A stretch of DNA of 64,000 nt from the NCBI GenBank assembly GCA_032718475.1, contig JAUCBJ010003414.1, positions 1 through 64,000 on the forward strand. The letters are read 5' to 3'. The DNA comes from Nemertoderma westbladi. Lineage: Eukaryota; Animalia; Xenacoelomorpha. A model generated the notes under the pieces. It worked only from the letters and a program-made list of their open reading frames with translations. It searched no databases and had not been told where the DNA came from. Of the stretch, positions 23,484 through 36,775 are shown piece by piece; position 1 is the first letter of the stretch, and each line of letters opens with the position of its first letter. Position numbers and translations under genes: made by a program.

Positions 23484-24990
23484 GTGACCACAACAGAGGA
23501 GGATAAGATGAGTGAACATACGCCCCAAGTCTCAGAGGGGAGAGAAACACCACAGCGGACCCCGAGCGATACAGACCAAACGATTCGAGAGGCCGCGATG
23601 AGGTGGCACCGGCCCTCCACGATCCGGACACCCAAGAGGAGGGTGTCCGACAACGAGGAGGGAAAGATGACGAGTCGACGCAAGATCCCAACAGCGGTCG
23701 AAGTACCAAAGTCGATGGCCAACCACTGGCCGACCGCGGCAAATGGCCCACCGGAACGGCGACAGTGGGGCCGACGGTAAGGCGCCGGACGAGGAGGGAA
23801 GGCAAAGTTCACGATGAGGACATTGGGATGAGAGATCGCCTGCGATGGGCATACAACGCCGCAAAGAGGCTGTTGTAGGACACTAGGGAGGGGAGAAAGG
23901 TAGACCAGCACAAACTATACCTAAGGCTAGGTGAGTGCAACAAACACTTCCGATATCTAGTCCGATTTGGGCAGGGGAAATGGCAAGTGAGAGGGCGAGG
24001 GGGGTCACCACAGAACTGTTTGAATTGTAGCGATCCGAGGTGGTGGAGGCAGATGTTGTGTACATAGGGCCTTATCTGGTGGATGCGAGGGGGATTAAGT
24101 TAGTGGGATGGGCGGATCCACATGGCAGCAAATCCGAGGTTAACCCCAAAGATTCGGTGTCGTTGGTTAGTAGGACTCCCAGCAAACGGGGGAAAATTAG
24201 TAGGCCGGACAGGCGGCAGGAGTCCGTCGCAACCGAAAAGTCTGCTACATCCTCCGTGAAAGCAAGACGGGTGTTAGAGATAGATCTGGCGTGTCAATTA
24301 GACATTGTTGTGCTGGATCAAAATGAACTAGAAAGGCAGTTGGATGAGGTAAATGCGTTATTAGAGAGGGAGAGGGAATTAGCGAAAGAGTGTAAAGAGA
24401 GGGCCGAGAGGGTGGCGAGAAACTATCGAGAGCGGGATGAGAGAAAAATGAGTGAGCACAAAGAGCGAGAGGTGAGGGAAGAGAACGAGCGTAGAGAGCG
24501 CAAGGAGCGGGAGGCGAGAGTGGAAAACGAGCGCAAGGAGCGAGAGGCTGAGAGAATTGAGAGAGAAGTAAACGAACGGAGAGAGCGGGAGGCGAGAGAG
24601 ACAAACGAGCGCAGAGAGCGAGAGGCGAGAGAGACGAGCGCAAAGAGTGGGAAGCGAGGAAAGCTGAGAGGATTGAGAGAGAAGTGAACGAACATAGAGA
24701 GCGGGAGGCAAGGGAGACATAATTAGCCGATCAGAGTATTAGGGAGGATAGAGAGAGAGAGAGGGGGCAGGTAAATGTTTGCGGGATGATATGCATACCC
24801 GGTTGATGGGGTTAATGCAATACCAAGCGAAGCAAAAGTGCCGGTTAGAACTGGCAAATATGGGTTTATCGGAGAGTGAGGCTGGTTTGGGTAGTATTTA
24901 TGAGGAACCAGAGGTGATGGAAACCTTTGTTAATACCCCACTTACAGGTACCGGACGACAGACCCAAGACTGGTGTGACCGTATGGGCGG
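23484..24990 (+). pseudogene. Probable gag remnant of a third LTR family (BEL/Pao-like), with Glu/Arg coiled-coil minisatellite
   Basis: VNPKDSVS...SATSS..ARR motif typical of BEL gag N-termini; ~33-nt ERREREARE repeats at 24420-24720; truncated at a G-run near 24990. Confidence 0.5.
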
Positions 24991-25009
24991 GGGGGGGGGG
25001 GTAATAATA

Positions 25010-25594
25010 TTTTATTTTATTCTTTATTGCAGGCATCGCCCATAGTAAATTGCTAAATAGTATACAGTAAATTGCACAGAAGTATAAATATAGTGATACA
25101 CAGATATACATATATATTTTATACCAGTATTGAATAACTATTTATTTAAGAATAAAATTAATATAGATATGCAATATTATCGAAAGTTTCGCGGATTCTA
25201 GAACAACAGTAGGTGACGTTATAAACTGAATTAACGACAGTGTTTATCGAACAACAAATCCTATTAAAGAGACTATTTGCACTACGAAATCTAATATGAC
25301 GAAACACAGTAAATTGTGTTCTCCAAAAAATTGTGACATGCTGTTAGAGACCTGTGCACTAGAAAGTCGGGGAATCTTAAATAGTATTCGAGCTGCGTTG
25401 TTGTAGGCAACTCTAACGCGGTTATATACAAAAGATGAGTAATTCAGTCTCGCCCACAGAGCTTTGCAATACAGTGGTGTGAAGAACATACGGAATAAAC
25501 AACATTTGACCGATACAGAACAGGCACTAAATTTACGAATTAATAAATTAGCACTTGCATAAATGCTCCTAATAGTTTTCTTTATAACATAATC
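25010..25594 (-). mobile_element. 3' part of the LINE split by A2
   Basis: YVIKKTIRSIYASANLLIRKF..CSVSVKCCLFRMFFTPLYC..LW continues in frame from 60344 onward. Confidence 0.85.
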
Positions 25595-25732
25595 TGATGG
25601 ATTATTTCACTATAAGATAGCATTTGTAGTTTAACGTAAAAACTTTCTAAAATCCGACGCATTTTGATTAAGTTACAGTAATGTAATATGCCTATTCATA
25701 TTAGTACACATAAAACCCGTAGTTAATGTCAT

Positions 25733-25816
25733 GGCGTAGTGGTCAGATGGTTAAGGCGTTGGTTACATTACAGATAGGATACGAGTTCGAATCCCAGTCG
25801 GGAAATTTGCATTTTT
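25733..25816 (+). ncRNA. tRNA-like Pol III cassette inside the family A LTR (also 16090-16172 minus and 45491-45574)
   Basis: A box TGGTCAGATGG, B box GAGTTCGAATCC, T5 run just downstream; cloverleaf pairing is poor, so not a functional tRNA. Confidence 0.5.
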
Positions 25817-25848
25817 GGGCAATTTATTTTCATTTGGTATAATTAGAT

Positions 25849-25990
25849 AAACCAATGAGGTGCGTTCAACACATGGAACGATGAGTTGGGCCAATCATAG
25901 GGCATAGAACATCTTATTGCTCCAATGTGAGGCCATGGAATACTCTGGAAGGTTCTAGCGGATTCTATGTCCCAGATTTAGTATATAAAG
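25849..25990 (+). promoter_or_regulatory. LTR Pol II promoter: three CCAAT boxes and TATATAAA
   Basis: CCAAT at 25851, 25891 and 25922; TATATAAAGGG at 25982; conserved in all three long LTR copies. Confidence 0.6.
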
Positions 25991-27796
25991 GGCTGGTTTG
26001 CCTTCGGTTAACACACATACACTTGTCCTTGACTCTTGATTACTATTTAGTTGCCCCCCCCCCCTGTCTGAACTTAGTTATTTGATCAGGCAAGGAGTAT
26101 TTCTGCTACCGGCACACCGCTTGGCTTAGGGTGGTTTATTAATATCCTACCACGCCTTGCCACGTACTGATAGGTATTGCTGCTAACCACGCAACAAAGT
26201 TCTAGAATAAAATTTGTATACCAGATCAGCTAACGTACGGTAGCGATTAACCCCTATTTCTTATCTTACAACCAGAATCTGGTATTTGTGCCGATCACGG
26301 GTGTAGTTACTAACACCGTGGTTGCCCGGTTGAGTTGTGGATAGGAAGGAGAGAGCTTTGACGTCATTTGTAAGTATAAAGTTCTACAAAATGCGACTAG
26401 CTTATTTTCGTAGCTAGCACACAGTATTGTTTTGGTCAGAAAATCACCAAAACCTAGTAAAATGATATACACCAAAATTGTTTTATTGTAACACACCCAC
26501 ACACACACGCCCTAAAACATATTTACCCTTAGAGTTCTACTAGATAGATAGCACACGTTAGATTACTTAGGCAGAATATATATAACTCATGTTAGTATTT
26601 GTAAATTTAGGATCTGATATTTAGTTACGGCAAGAAGGAGTATTTATTTCGTTATTAAACTGTTGTTTGTCTGAGCAGCGGTATTGTTACATTAGGCACG
26701 ACCCTCTTTAGACTGATTTCGTACAGGGGGATCAGTATTGTTACGCTAGGTCTGTTAACCCACTAGCTCATATAAAACCATATAAATCACACCTCGGCAA
26801 GTTACGGTATTTAGGACTGTCAGCGATAGTTAGGATTCGCTGCGCGGGGATTGTTTTCCCGTGAGTTTGGTCTGTTACTGTAACTGTACATCTGCCATAC
26901 CGGTTAGAGGACAGGTTTCCTTTTGTCTAGTTCGTAGGCATTAGACCCGCACACGTACATAGAATAGACACTAGGCTCTGCTCCTCGCCAGTAGTGGTTT
27001 GTGTATTGTATCTGTTTGTTTAGATACCCTGGACTGGGATTTGTTGTCAGATACTGTACGAGCCCGTTTCATTACTAGATCTTACGGTAAGATACATCTC
27101 GTTACTAGGATCTGGTAAGCGGTATACTACTGGACTTTACGGTTAGAGAAATTCTATAGCTTCGTACCAGTAGATTTGTAGGCCGTAGGATAGCCCTTAC
27201 CGTAGAGGATCTCAAAGTGAGGTATATTTATCTTACGAAAGTGAGAGATATACTTTACAGTGAGGTAACTATATATTGTTAGCTATTGTAAAGGTAGGAG
27301 ATACTTACAATTTAAAATTAGTAAAATTAGAAATTTGTAGAACGTCCCCTGCTTCAGTAGGCTTTTAGGGTAGCTAGTAGTTTCGTACTTAATATTTGAC
27401 TAGCTAATAGTTAGTTTGTAGCAATTTGTTTTACGCCATGTGTGTGTGGTGTTACTTTTCGGTACTTGAAAAGGTACATAGGGTTTAAAGACCAAGTTGT
27501 ATCAGTACCTAGGAAGATTTTTCGTAGAGTAGAAGTAAAACTCTCACCTTCGACTTTTCAGGACTCAAGGACTCATTTCTGGACTGCTTCGAGGATTAGA
27601 CCGCTTTTCGCAAGTTTGGGAGACACAAAATTCGTCCGCGACGCCGAAAAACGGAACGACCCACGTCCGGTTTGTATTTGGGAATTTGCACGACTGGAAG
27701 ATCAAAGGAGCGTAAGTTTTACGACTCGTGTCGTTCAAACTTAAAAGCACAGTAGTACTCAAAATTTGTGGGTTTCACTGTCTAATTAGTAGTGTT

Positions 27797-28475
27797 GTTG
27801 GTACTTATTTCCCGTTAGACGTTGCTGTTTTGCCTATTATTTGTACTTGTTGATCTACATTTTGGTAACGTATACCGTTATCTCACTTATTCGTACAAAT
27901 TTAGCTGGTAGGCTAGATTATTACATATTTTATTATATACTTTGTTAGTTTTATTTGTACCGGTTAGGGTATATATATGATATATATATATATCAAGGTA
28001 AGTTTGACATTTGGACATTTTGACATTTCGACATTCTGACTTTGATGATTTATTTGTACCGGTTAGGGTATATATATGCTATATATATACCAAGGTAAGT
28101 TTGACATTTCGACATTCCGATACTTTGACATTTTATTACCCGTACTTGACATATATAATAAGACATGAGTGACACACCACATTCGACTCGACACCCACCT
28201 ACCGACTATGACTCGTGCGACCCGGACAGATCGACAGTAGACGAACCGAGAAGGAGAACCCGAGATTCCACCGATGTCACACCGCGTGCGTCGCCGGTAC
28301 CCCGAACGGAAATACCGGAAGCCACAATGCGTGGCGACGGCAGGATCGAGGATTTCCTTACAGTCCCACAGACCAGGTCACGGGAACCAGACATGGTAAG
28401 CTTGGCGGGAAGCCAAGAAAATGTCATTAGAAGTATAGGAGGACACATGGCCTAGATTACTCGAAACCTCGGAGA
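27797..28475 (+). repeat. ~680-bp direct repeat (5' UTR plus gag start), second copy at 36398-37086
   Basis: Both copies start GTTGGTACTTATTTCCC and end AAACCTCGGAGA, and they flank the foreign 7.9-kb block. Confidence 0.9.
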
Positions 28476-29889
28476 TACGGAAGCCCATAAGGACCACGTC
28501 AAATTGACAATTTCATTCGTCAAATTCGCAATTTCATCCGTCTACTATTTATGGAATTGCCGGTTTGACGGGTGAAATTGAATGAAATATGGACCACGTT
28601 AATTTGGCAATCTACAATCCTGCATTCATCATTGATTGCGCCCTGTCTGCTGTCTATGGTCTGGCTCTCTGTACTGCCTGTGACTATACCGTTACTTACA
28701 GACTTACCAGTCAGCCAGTACACTGTCTGACAGTAGGCCTACAGCACAAAATACTTTCAGTCTTTGTCACAGATTGTTGATATAGCTGTATGTATAAATG
28801 TATACTACTGTCCTATGGTACCGGCTGCCGGCAGACCGGTACTGCAGTACTGTAGTACAGTTGGCCTATGCATTCAGTAAGAGTTCTGGAGTAGGTAGCT
28901 TATCCCATGCCATATCCCTTTTACCAGTATACTGTTATAGCATATAGGCCTACAGGCATTAGCTCTAGCTGTATGGTGCATTATTGATAAAATTAGGCCT
29001 ACAGGAGGCCTAATCTGATAAATGATAATACTGTAATACCGGTACTGTGTAATATTGTAATAGCCTTTCTCGGTATCGGACCCAGGCTGCCAGGACCGAT
29101 ATGTTTTGTCGCAGGTGTGGAAGGGAGCTTCCCGAGGATTCAAAATTTTGCTCAAATTGCGGCTTGCCTCTTCAGCTACCTATGCCGGTAGGAAGTGCCG
29201 GCGATCAGCCCGTCATTCTGGATACCAGTATTATTACCGGTAGCAGCACATTCACATCACCTAGAAACAGCACCGGTAATTCTGATATCATAAAGTTACG
29301 TGAGTTTGTTGCGAACAAGCGAAGTGGCCATTTTCGCCAACCTGATAGTATAAAGAAATCGAAACATTCTGATTACGATGAGCATGCTCAAAATCCGGAA
29401 GTCACAATTTCAATTGGTTTGATGAAGTTTTATGGGAAACTTGGCAAACTAAAGGCAATGTTTGGAAAGAGAATTCCAATAACCGTTGCACGAAATGCTA
29501 ATTACGACACAATACTACATCTTGGCTTTGGAAAATTCCATTCTTTCTACACCGACGTCATTGGAGAGGCAGCTGTATGTGATGATTTCGTGTTAGCATA
29601 TGAGTCGGGAAGGATTGCCTCGAAAATACCTGGTTCGGAAGAAGAATTCAATCTAAGGGGCTATAGAGATGCACTCGGGCGCGAATATCGCCGTATAACC
29701 TTGTATCTTTGTGATAAGGAAGACATGGAGCAGACTGATTCTTGGAGTGATAATACTCATAGTGGCGGGCTGAGTGGCAGGATCTCGAGTTTTGCAACCC
29801 CAACCTCTGCCTGTACAGACCAAATGATGATAATACAGATCAAATACAGATAATAATAGATAATAATAGAATAATACAGATACTGATCA

Positions 29890-32792
29890 AATAATACAGA
29901 TAACTATATTGAATGCAATACATTTCCGGCTGACTTTTCCGATCACGAATTTATAGTACTGAAATCCAAACTAGTAATTTCACAACCACCACAAAACACG
30001 AAACCAGTATATTCTACAGTTAAATTCCGCGATCTATCACATTTCAATGAATCTGATTTTCTTAATGAAATTAGTAAAATTGACTGGACGAATAATTATT
30101 TTACAAGCAATGTAGATTACGTTTATGACAACTTCGAAAATAAATTAAATGAAATATATGATAAGCATGCACCAATTAAAACTAAATGCATACGATCTAG
30201 CAATAATATCAAAAGCAACTTGCACAACATATCACTATGGTGGAACTCAGAACTATCATCCCTAAATATTGAAAAACAGCAAAAATTAATCAGGTGGAGA
30301 CATTCAAAAAGTGAAAGTGACTTTGCAGACTATAAAACAATTCGAAATAAATTTAACTCACTAAATAAAAACCTAAAGAATAAATATATAAAATCAAAAC
30401 TAAATGATGCAACTGCAATAAAAGACAAATGGGCAATATTAAATAAAATCACTAATAATAATAAAAAAACCGAGCAAACTATATCGTCCTTAATTAATCA
30501 CGCAACAGGCTCTATTATTTATAACATATTACCAATGGCGAACCTACTTAATGACACATATCTAAATCTGGGTAACTTTCAAAGCACTGGCTATATAAAA
30601 AGACATTGTACTGTTCACTCTAGTTTCAGCTTTAAGAACGTAACCGAATTAGAAATATTTGAAATAATATCTAAAATAAACACAAATAAACCAACTGGTC
30701 CGTCAATATTAAGTCCAAAATTAATAAAACTAATTGCACCGTATATTACCATACCACTAACTCACATCACAAACTTATGCCTAACGTCAAGCACTTTTCC
30801 TTCTCGGCTAAAATCAACCTTTATTACTCCTGTATTCAAAAAAGGGTCTCGAGATGAACCATCTAATTATAGACCTATTTCTGTCACATCAACATTCGAA
30901 AAAATAATTGAAACAGTCATATATCACCAAATTACAAAATATCTACACAACAATAAAATACTACAAAGTAAGCAATTTGGTTTCAGAAAAGGGTATTCTA
31001 CAGCAGACGCCGTTTTATTTGCAACCGAGTCTTGGAAACGCGAACTTAACGAAAAAAAATATATTGCTATTGGAGTACTAGATCTCTCTAAAGCTTTCAA
31101 CTCCCTCCAGCACGACATTCTCCTAGATAAATTAATAGAAATTGGATTCCAATCGAATGCTGTTGCACTTATTAAAAGTTATCTTCTCGACCGCCCGCAA
31201 GCTGTAAAATTAAGCAAAATGTTCTCAGACTGGAAAATTTGCAATAGGGGTATACCACAGGGCACCAAACTTGGACCATTATTGTTTTTAATATATGTCA
31301 ATGACTTTGCAAATCAAATAAATTTGGAAACAATCCAATATGCCGATGACACTCTTATATATTGCTCGCACCCAAATGCACATACTGCAGTAAAACAACT
31401 AAACAATCAAATCACATATATTAGCCAGCTATTCGCAACACTAGGTATGAAATTAAACTCAAATAAAACAGAACTTCTTGTTATATCCCCATTAAAGAGA
31501 ACAGACGAATTAAATAATCTACATCTTGTGCTTAATAATGACATAATTAAACAATCAACCACAATTAAATATTTAGGCATCATCATAGATAACAGATTAT
31601 CATGGAAGGACCAAATAAAAACTACTACATCTAAAATGGCAGCGGCCACATCCACAATACGCCAAATAAAAGGACAATTGCCAATCTCTACGAAATTAAT
31701 GTTATACAAAGCTCTAGTCATGCCGTACCATAACTACTGTAGTATCTTAACAGCGACATATAATAATACTCACGGATATAAGGAACTACTGTACAAAATG
31801 GATAAGATTCAAAATTACGCACTTAGGCTAATCTATAACAAAAAAATACGAGAAACTTCAGGAACAGAACTAAGACAATTAGCTAGGATCCCGCACCTTA
31901 ACGCACTGAGAGAATACCACGCAATACAATATTTCTATAAATACATGTTCAACATTATCCCAGCATTTAAATCATTAAAACTCCCGTTCATCAATCAAAT
32001 ATCACTATCTAATAGGCAAATAAATCCACGAACTAAAAAAATAAAAGTTCCAAAAACAACAAACAGATTTGGTCACAACTCTTTTATTGTCACATGCATA
32101 AAATCATGGAACAATTTACCTAATAACATTCGTAAATTTGCACTCAATAATAATTTTTTATCACTATTGGAAAATTACTACATAACACAATATGAAAGAA
32201 AAGCAGTAACATAATCACTTAACTATACATTATTATAAAAGTCAGGCTATAAAAGAAGGGAAGGGGGGGGGGTGGGGTGGGGGGGGGGGGGGGGGGGCAA
32301 GTATGTAAGGTGCTTGTAATTTTTCGTGTTATTTTATCTATACTGTGTATTGATATTTAAGTATGGAGTACGTGGATATTGGTTTTATTTATGCATGGTA
32401 TGTGTGGGGTGTGCGGAAGTGCATGTTTATGCATGGGATGGGCTTGATAATACGGGTTGATAATGCGATAGTACGTTAATAGTTTATGTATGGCTGAGCC
32501 TGGCCCATGCACGTAGTTTTATTTAACCATACACCATACAACTTTAGTTAACTAAGTACGGTTGTAATGTGTACAGTAAATATCTTATTCTATTGTTTAG
32601 TGTCGTATTATTTACAAATTATACTGTGTCAACACATACATAGAAGATGGACCAAGTCCATCCAGCCCGCTGACTTTGACCTTTTAAACTATCAGTTTAA
32701 TGTGTAACTTCGGTGCCATTTCACTGCCTTTAGTCCAGCATGCTGGCTAAAGTTTTAAGGTTAATATAATTGAATTGATTGATTGATTGATT
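29890..32792 (+). mobile_element. 5'-truncated CR1/L2-group LINE with an open RT frame (CDS to 32214)
   Basis: APE end FSDH, NYRPIS, QFGFR, DLSKAF, GIPQGTKLGPLLF, YADDT, KYLG; (GATT)n tail at 32775-32792. Confidence 0.9.
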
Positions 32793-32894
32793 GTAATGAC
32801 TTAGCATCAGGATCCTTTCCATCAGAGGCAGAGTCGACTGTTAATCAAACCTTTGACTTAGACTTAGACGCAATACTCTATGATTTCATTGATG

Positions 32895-33080
32895 CTACCA
32901 GTACCAGTACCACTGATGAGACTGGTACCACTGATGAGACTGGTACCACTGATGCTACCAGTGCCGGAACCACTGATGAGACTGGTACCACTGATGCCAC
33001 CAGTGCCGGTACCACTGATGAGACTGGTACCACTGATTCTGCTGGTACCACTGATGCTACCGGTACCACTGATGCTGTCG
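32895..33080 (+). repeat. Coding minisatellite (GGTACCACTGATGAGACT-type 18/24-nt units)
   Basis: Encodes TTDETG/TTDATSAG repeats in the HECT-like gene. Confidence 0.85.
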
Positions 33081-33608
33081 GCACCTCTGACCTCCCATCT
33101 TCTAGTAAGGAGGTATCTCATATGGAAACATGTGACAACATTCAAAACATTTTGCAACGGTTAATGACAAAGATCGAAGATGATGGATGCATTATCATTA
33201 ATGTAACCCGGGCAGATGTTCTTGATGGGGGTTTCCGTGGCTTTGCAAGGAGTTCGTTCAACCCATGGAGAAGGTTGAGTGTCAAGTTTGGAGATGAAAT
33301 TGGAATAGACACGGGCGGATCTACTAGGGAATTTATGCGATTGGCCATCAAACAAATAAGAGATCTACCTATATTCTGTGGTCCACCAGACGAAAGGATG
33401 CTTGAACTGGATTATAACAGTTAGTTAAGTATACAGTTTGTTTATACTGTTAGTTTTTTTAACTGTTAATTTTTTAAATCAAAATATATTCTACTGAATT
33501 AATACTATTTACGAATAACTTCATTAAGAAACTTTTTTATTGATACATTTAATTATGTTACCGGTAGCTGTATTTAGCTGTAGTTGTATTTTTATTTTAT
33601 GTTAATGT

Positions 33609-35269
33609 TGTTTATTGTTAATCACAACAAGCCAATTAAGGCTATTGTTGAGAGCAAAGTAGTATCAACTGCACGCTACAATACCGGAGTACAAATACAT
33701 TTAGAAAAGAAATACATAGGTGAACCCAGTGCGTAAAGTAGGAACATAATATATATTATATCTACATAATAACAACCTAAACCGAAGAACTACCAACACA
33801 TACTCACACCACAAACATTCAACACACGTAATACGTACTAACTAGGTTTTAGCCTCCAGTCGTAATTTAAAGGCGTGATATAAAAACACACCAAACTGCT
33901 TAATTTTGGAATCCGACGTCAGACTGAGGAGTTCAAGAAATTTGACCGATGAAGGATTTCTATGATATCTTACTGCCAAAAATTTAATGCGTAGATCATG
34001 ATAGAGCGGACATTTAAGTACAAAGTGGTATTCATCCTCCACTTCTTGGAGGTTACAGAGCTGGCATAATCTATCGTTACGCGGTACATTATGCCAACGT
34101 CCGTATTCAATTTGTAGATCGTGTGAGGAACACCTTAGGCGGCTCACAGTCTTACACAGTGTAGGGTAACCACTAAGTGAGTTTAAGTAGTTTTCTGCCC
34201 CAAACACCCTCTTGAAATACCAAATTCCCTTGGGAGAATTTTCTATCGCACTCCACCAAGACTGGATGAAGTTATCCTGTAATGTACGTTCTAGAGATTT
34301 AATAAACATTTTATTACAGCTGACCGACTGGTTGACCCACGCCCAACTTTTACCAGACTTATTAAGCAGATCGCGCACACCAGAAACCCAGTTACTGTCA
34401 TTGAAAGTCAGACAGTCCTGAAGTAGCATAAGATACGCCTGCTTGACTAAACGCGAGTCTGGTAAATTAATAATTTTAATCCAATATTTTACTATACGAA
34501 TTTCCCTAGACAATGCTAGCGGGAATACTCCAGTTTCACCATAACTCATGAAGTTAGGTGTTCCTGACTTTACCCCCAATAACCGTTTTAGAAATTTAAG
34601 TTGAACTCGTTCGCACTCTGGAGCGCTGTGGAAACCCCAGATTTCACTTCCATATTCCAGGATCGGTTTCACAAGTGTATTGAAGATATGAACTTTTAAG
34701 CTCAGTGAAATGTTTGGGAATTTCGAAAAATATTTTAAGAGTACAAAATATGCTTTAGAGGCCTTCTCTGCAAGAGAACACTCCGCTTTCCTGAATCCGC
34801 CAGAGGGAGAAAATATTACTCCTAGGTAAGTATAGTCAGAGACAATTTTGAGTTCACGATTGTGGAAAGTCCACCGTTCACGCTGTGCAAGATTCCCACC
34901 GTTTTTAAAAATCATAATATTGGACTTGTCCATGTTAACCCGCAAACCCCAATAGTCGGCATAGCAACCAAGGATATCGAGTGCACCCTGTAGTCCACTA
35001 ATACTTTCACTAACCAACACGATATCATCAGCATAAAGTAACAGGAAAAGTTTGAGCGCACCTACATCCAGGCCCTGAATTCCTCCATCCCGTAGTTCCG
35101 CCTCTAAATCATTAATGAATAGCGCGAACAGAAGGGGACTCAAGCATTCCCCTTGTCGGACTCCTACAAGACAATCAAACTGCACAGATACTGAACCCTG
35201 AAATCGAACTTGAGACCTCGCCGCACCATACATGTTCTTTATTACTGTAAGAATTTTTCCAGAGAATCC
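33609..35269 (-). mobile_element. 5'-truncated RTE-X-like LINE in the intron of the HECT-like gene
   Basis: GVRQGECLSPLLF, LLYADD, YLG, C-terminal RLRCSSHDL.IEYGR...C..C...EDEYHF..C finger; 8-bp TSD GTTAATGT at 33601-33608 and 35270-35277. Confidence 0.88.
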
Positions 35270-35905
35270 GTTAATGTGTATATTCACTTTCAGGTCTCAC
35301 CAATAATACATATTTTAAAGCCGGCTTCATGTTGTCATACATCATTCTTCATCGAGGACCATGCCCCCAGTTCTTTCATGCAATATTATTCCAGCAGCTC
35401 TCGGCTGAACCATCTGATGAAGTTCAAGCATCTATTGCTGATGTGACTGATTATGTCGTCCGTTCTAAACTGCAACGGGTGTGGTATTTACATATTATTT
35501 AATTTTTATTTTATCGTGATATATTGTTCCGGTATTTACTTACATTGAATTATGAATCATTTATTTTAATTAATGGAATAATTAATATGAAAGAAAATAT
35601 TTAGGGGTATCAATTTAATTTTAGCACCTTGATTCAACTGCCGATACGTTTGGAAATGCAATTGAGGTCCTGGAGGATATCATTAATGTCGCTGGTTGCT
35701 TCAACATGGCGATACACTATAATCAGCGACAACATCCTATTTTTTAAGTTTTAAGTAAAGTTTTTACAATCATCAGTATGCAATATTATCATACCCCATT
35801 AATTAGTTTAAGTAGTTGGAACTGGTATATAGTTAGTTTCAATTTGGTTTAAGTAGTGTTTTTTACTGGTGGTTATTATATTAGTTTAAATTACACTAAA
35901 TAGAG

Positions 35906-36386
35906 TTACATGAAATCGCGAATTGTCTTAAATAGTTGAATACCATGTTCCCAAGTTAAATCTCTATTATTGTAGTTCAGAGTTTCACAAATATAATGGC
36001 AGTATTCAATTACGTCTTTGTCAATGATACCATAATTAACGTCATCATCTTGAAAAAATTCTTTAACTAATTGTAATGCCTCCCTTTCTGGTGTAATTTC
36101 TATATTGGGTTCTCCACCTTTGCTAGTTGGATTATAATAATTCAACCAAGGCTTTCCAGATATACAGTTGTAACGTGATTTTCTAATTGTATGGTAGTTC
36201 CAATCCCGTACAACATCATCGAGTTCCCTCTGAATTATGTCAGCCATACAAAACCACATTATACTACGATGAATGGGACAATTTGCATCGTAATCCCCGT
36301 TATGAACCAAATTACCAAACACGTCAATGTAGAAGTTGGCCCATGTCTTTCTTAAGTAACACCACCAGGCCTCTATACGCTGGTTG
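35906..36386 (-). pseudogene. Integrase-like DDE transposase C-terminal part
   Basis: NQRIEAWW..LR...F..L...G, IQRELD....WNYHTIR, G.P..YYNP; truncated just upstream of NQRIE. Confidence 0.7.
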
Positions 36387-36775
36387 TCTATACGCTGGTT
36401 GGTACTTATTTCCCGTTAGACGTTGCTGTTTTGCCTATTATTTGTACTTGTTGATCTACATTTTGGTAACGTATACCGTTATCTCACTTATTCGTACAAA
36501 TTTAGCCGGTAGGCTAGATTATTACATATTTTATTATATACTTTGTTAGTTTTATTTGTACCGGTTAGGGTATATATATGATATATATATATATATCAAG
36601 GTAAGTTTGACATTTGGACATTTCGACATTTTGACATTTCGACATTCTGACTTTGTTGATTTATTTGTACCGGTTAGGGTATATATATGCTATATATATA
36701 CCAAGGTAAGTTTGACATTTCGACATTCCGATACTTTGATATTTTATTACCCGTACTTGACGTATATAATAAGAC

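Larger units (their letters stand above)
25595..27214 (+). repeat. A2 5' LTR (internal deletion near 26053)
   Basis: TGATGG...GGATCTCA; lacks the segment equivalent to A1 ~15300-15860. Confidence 0.88.
29101..35747 (+). pseudogene. Spliced zinc-ribbon plus G2E3-like HECT N-lobe gene, disrupted by two LINEs
   Basis: MFCRRCG..SKFCSNCG; INVTR...LSVKF..EIGIDTGGSTREFMRL; in-phase exons ...33419|35294-35478 (TYFKAGFMLSYIILHRGPCPQFF)|35625-35747; catalytic C-lobe not present. Confidence 0.7.
28476..36397. mobile_element. IS3EU-like DNA transposon remnant with HECT-like cargo; right end lost
   Basis: Starts abruptly with TACGG (TAY terminus described for IS3EU); convergent integrase-like transposase C-terminus at the other end. 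Confidence 0.55.
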
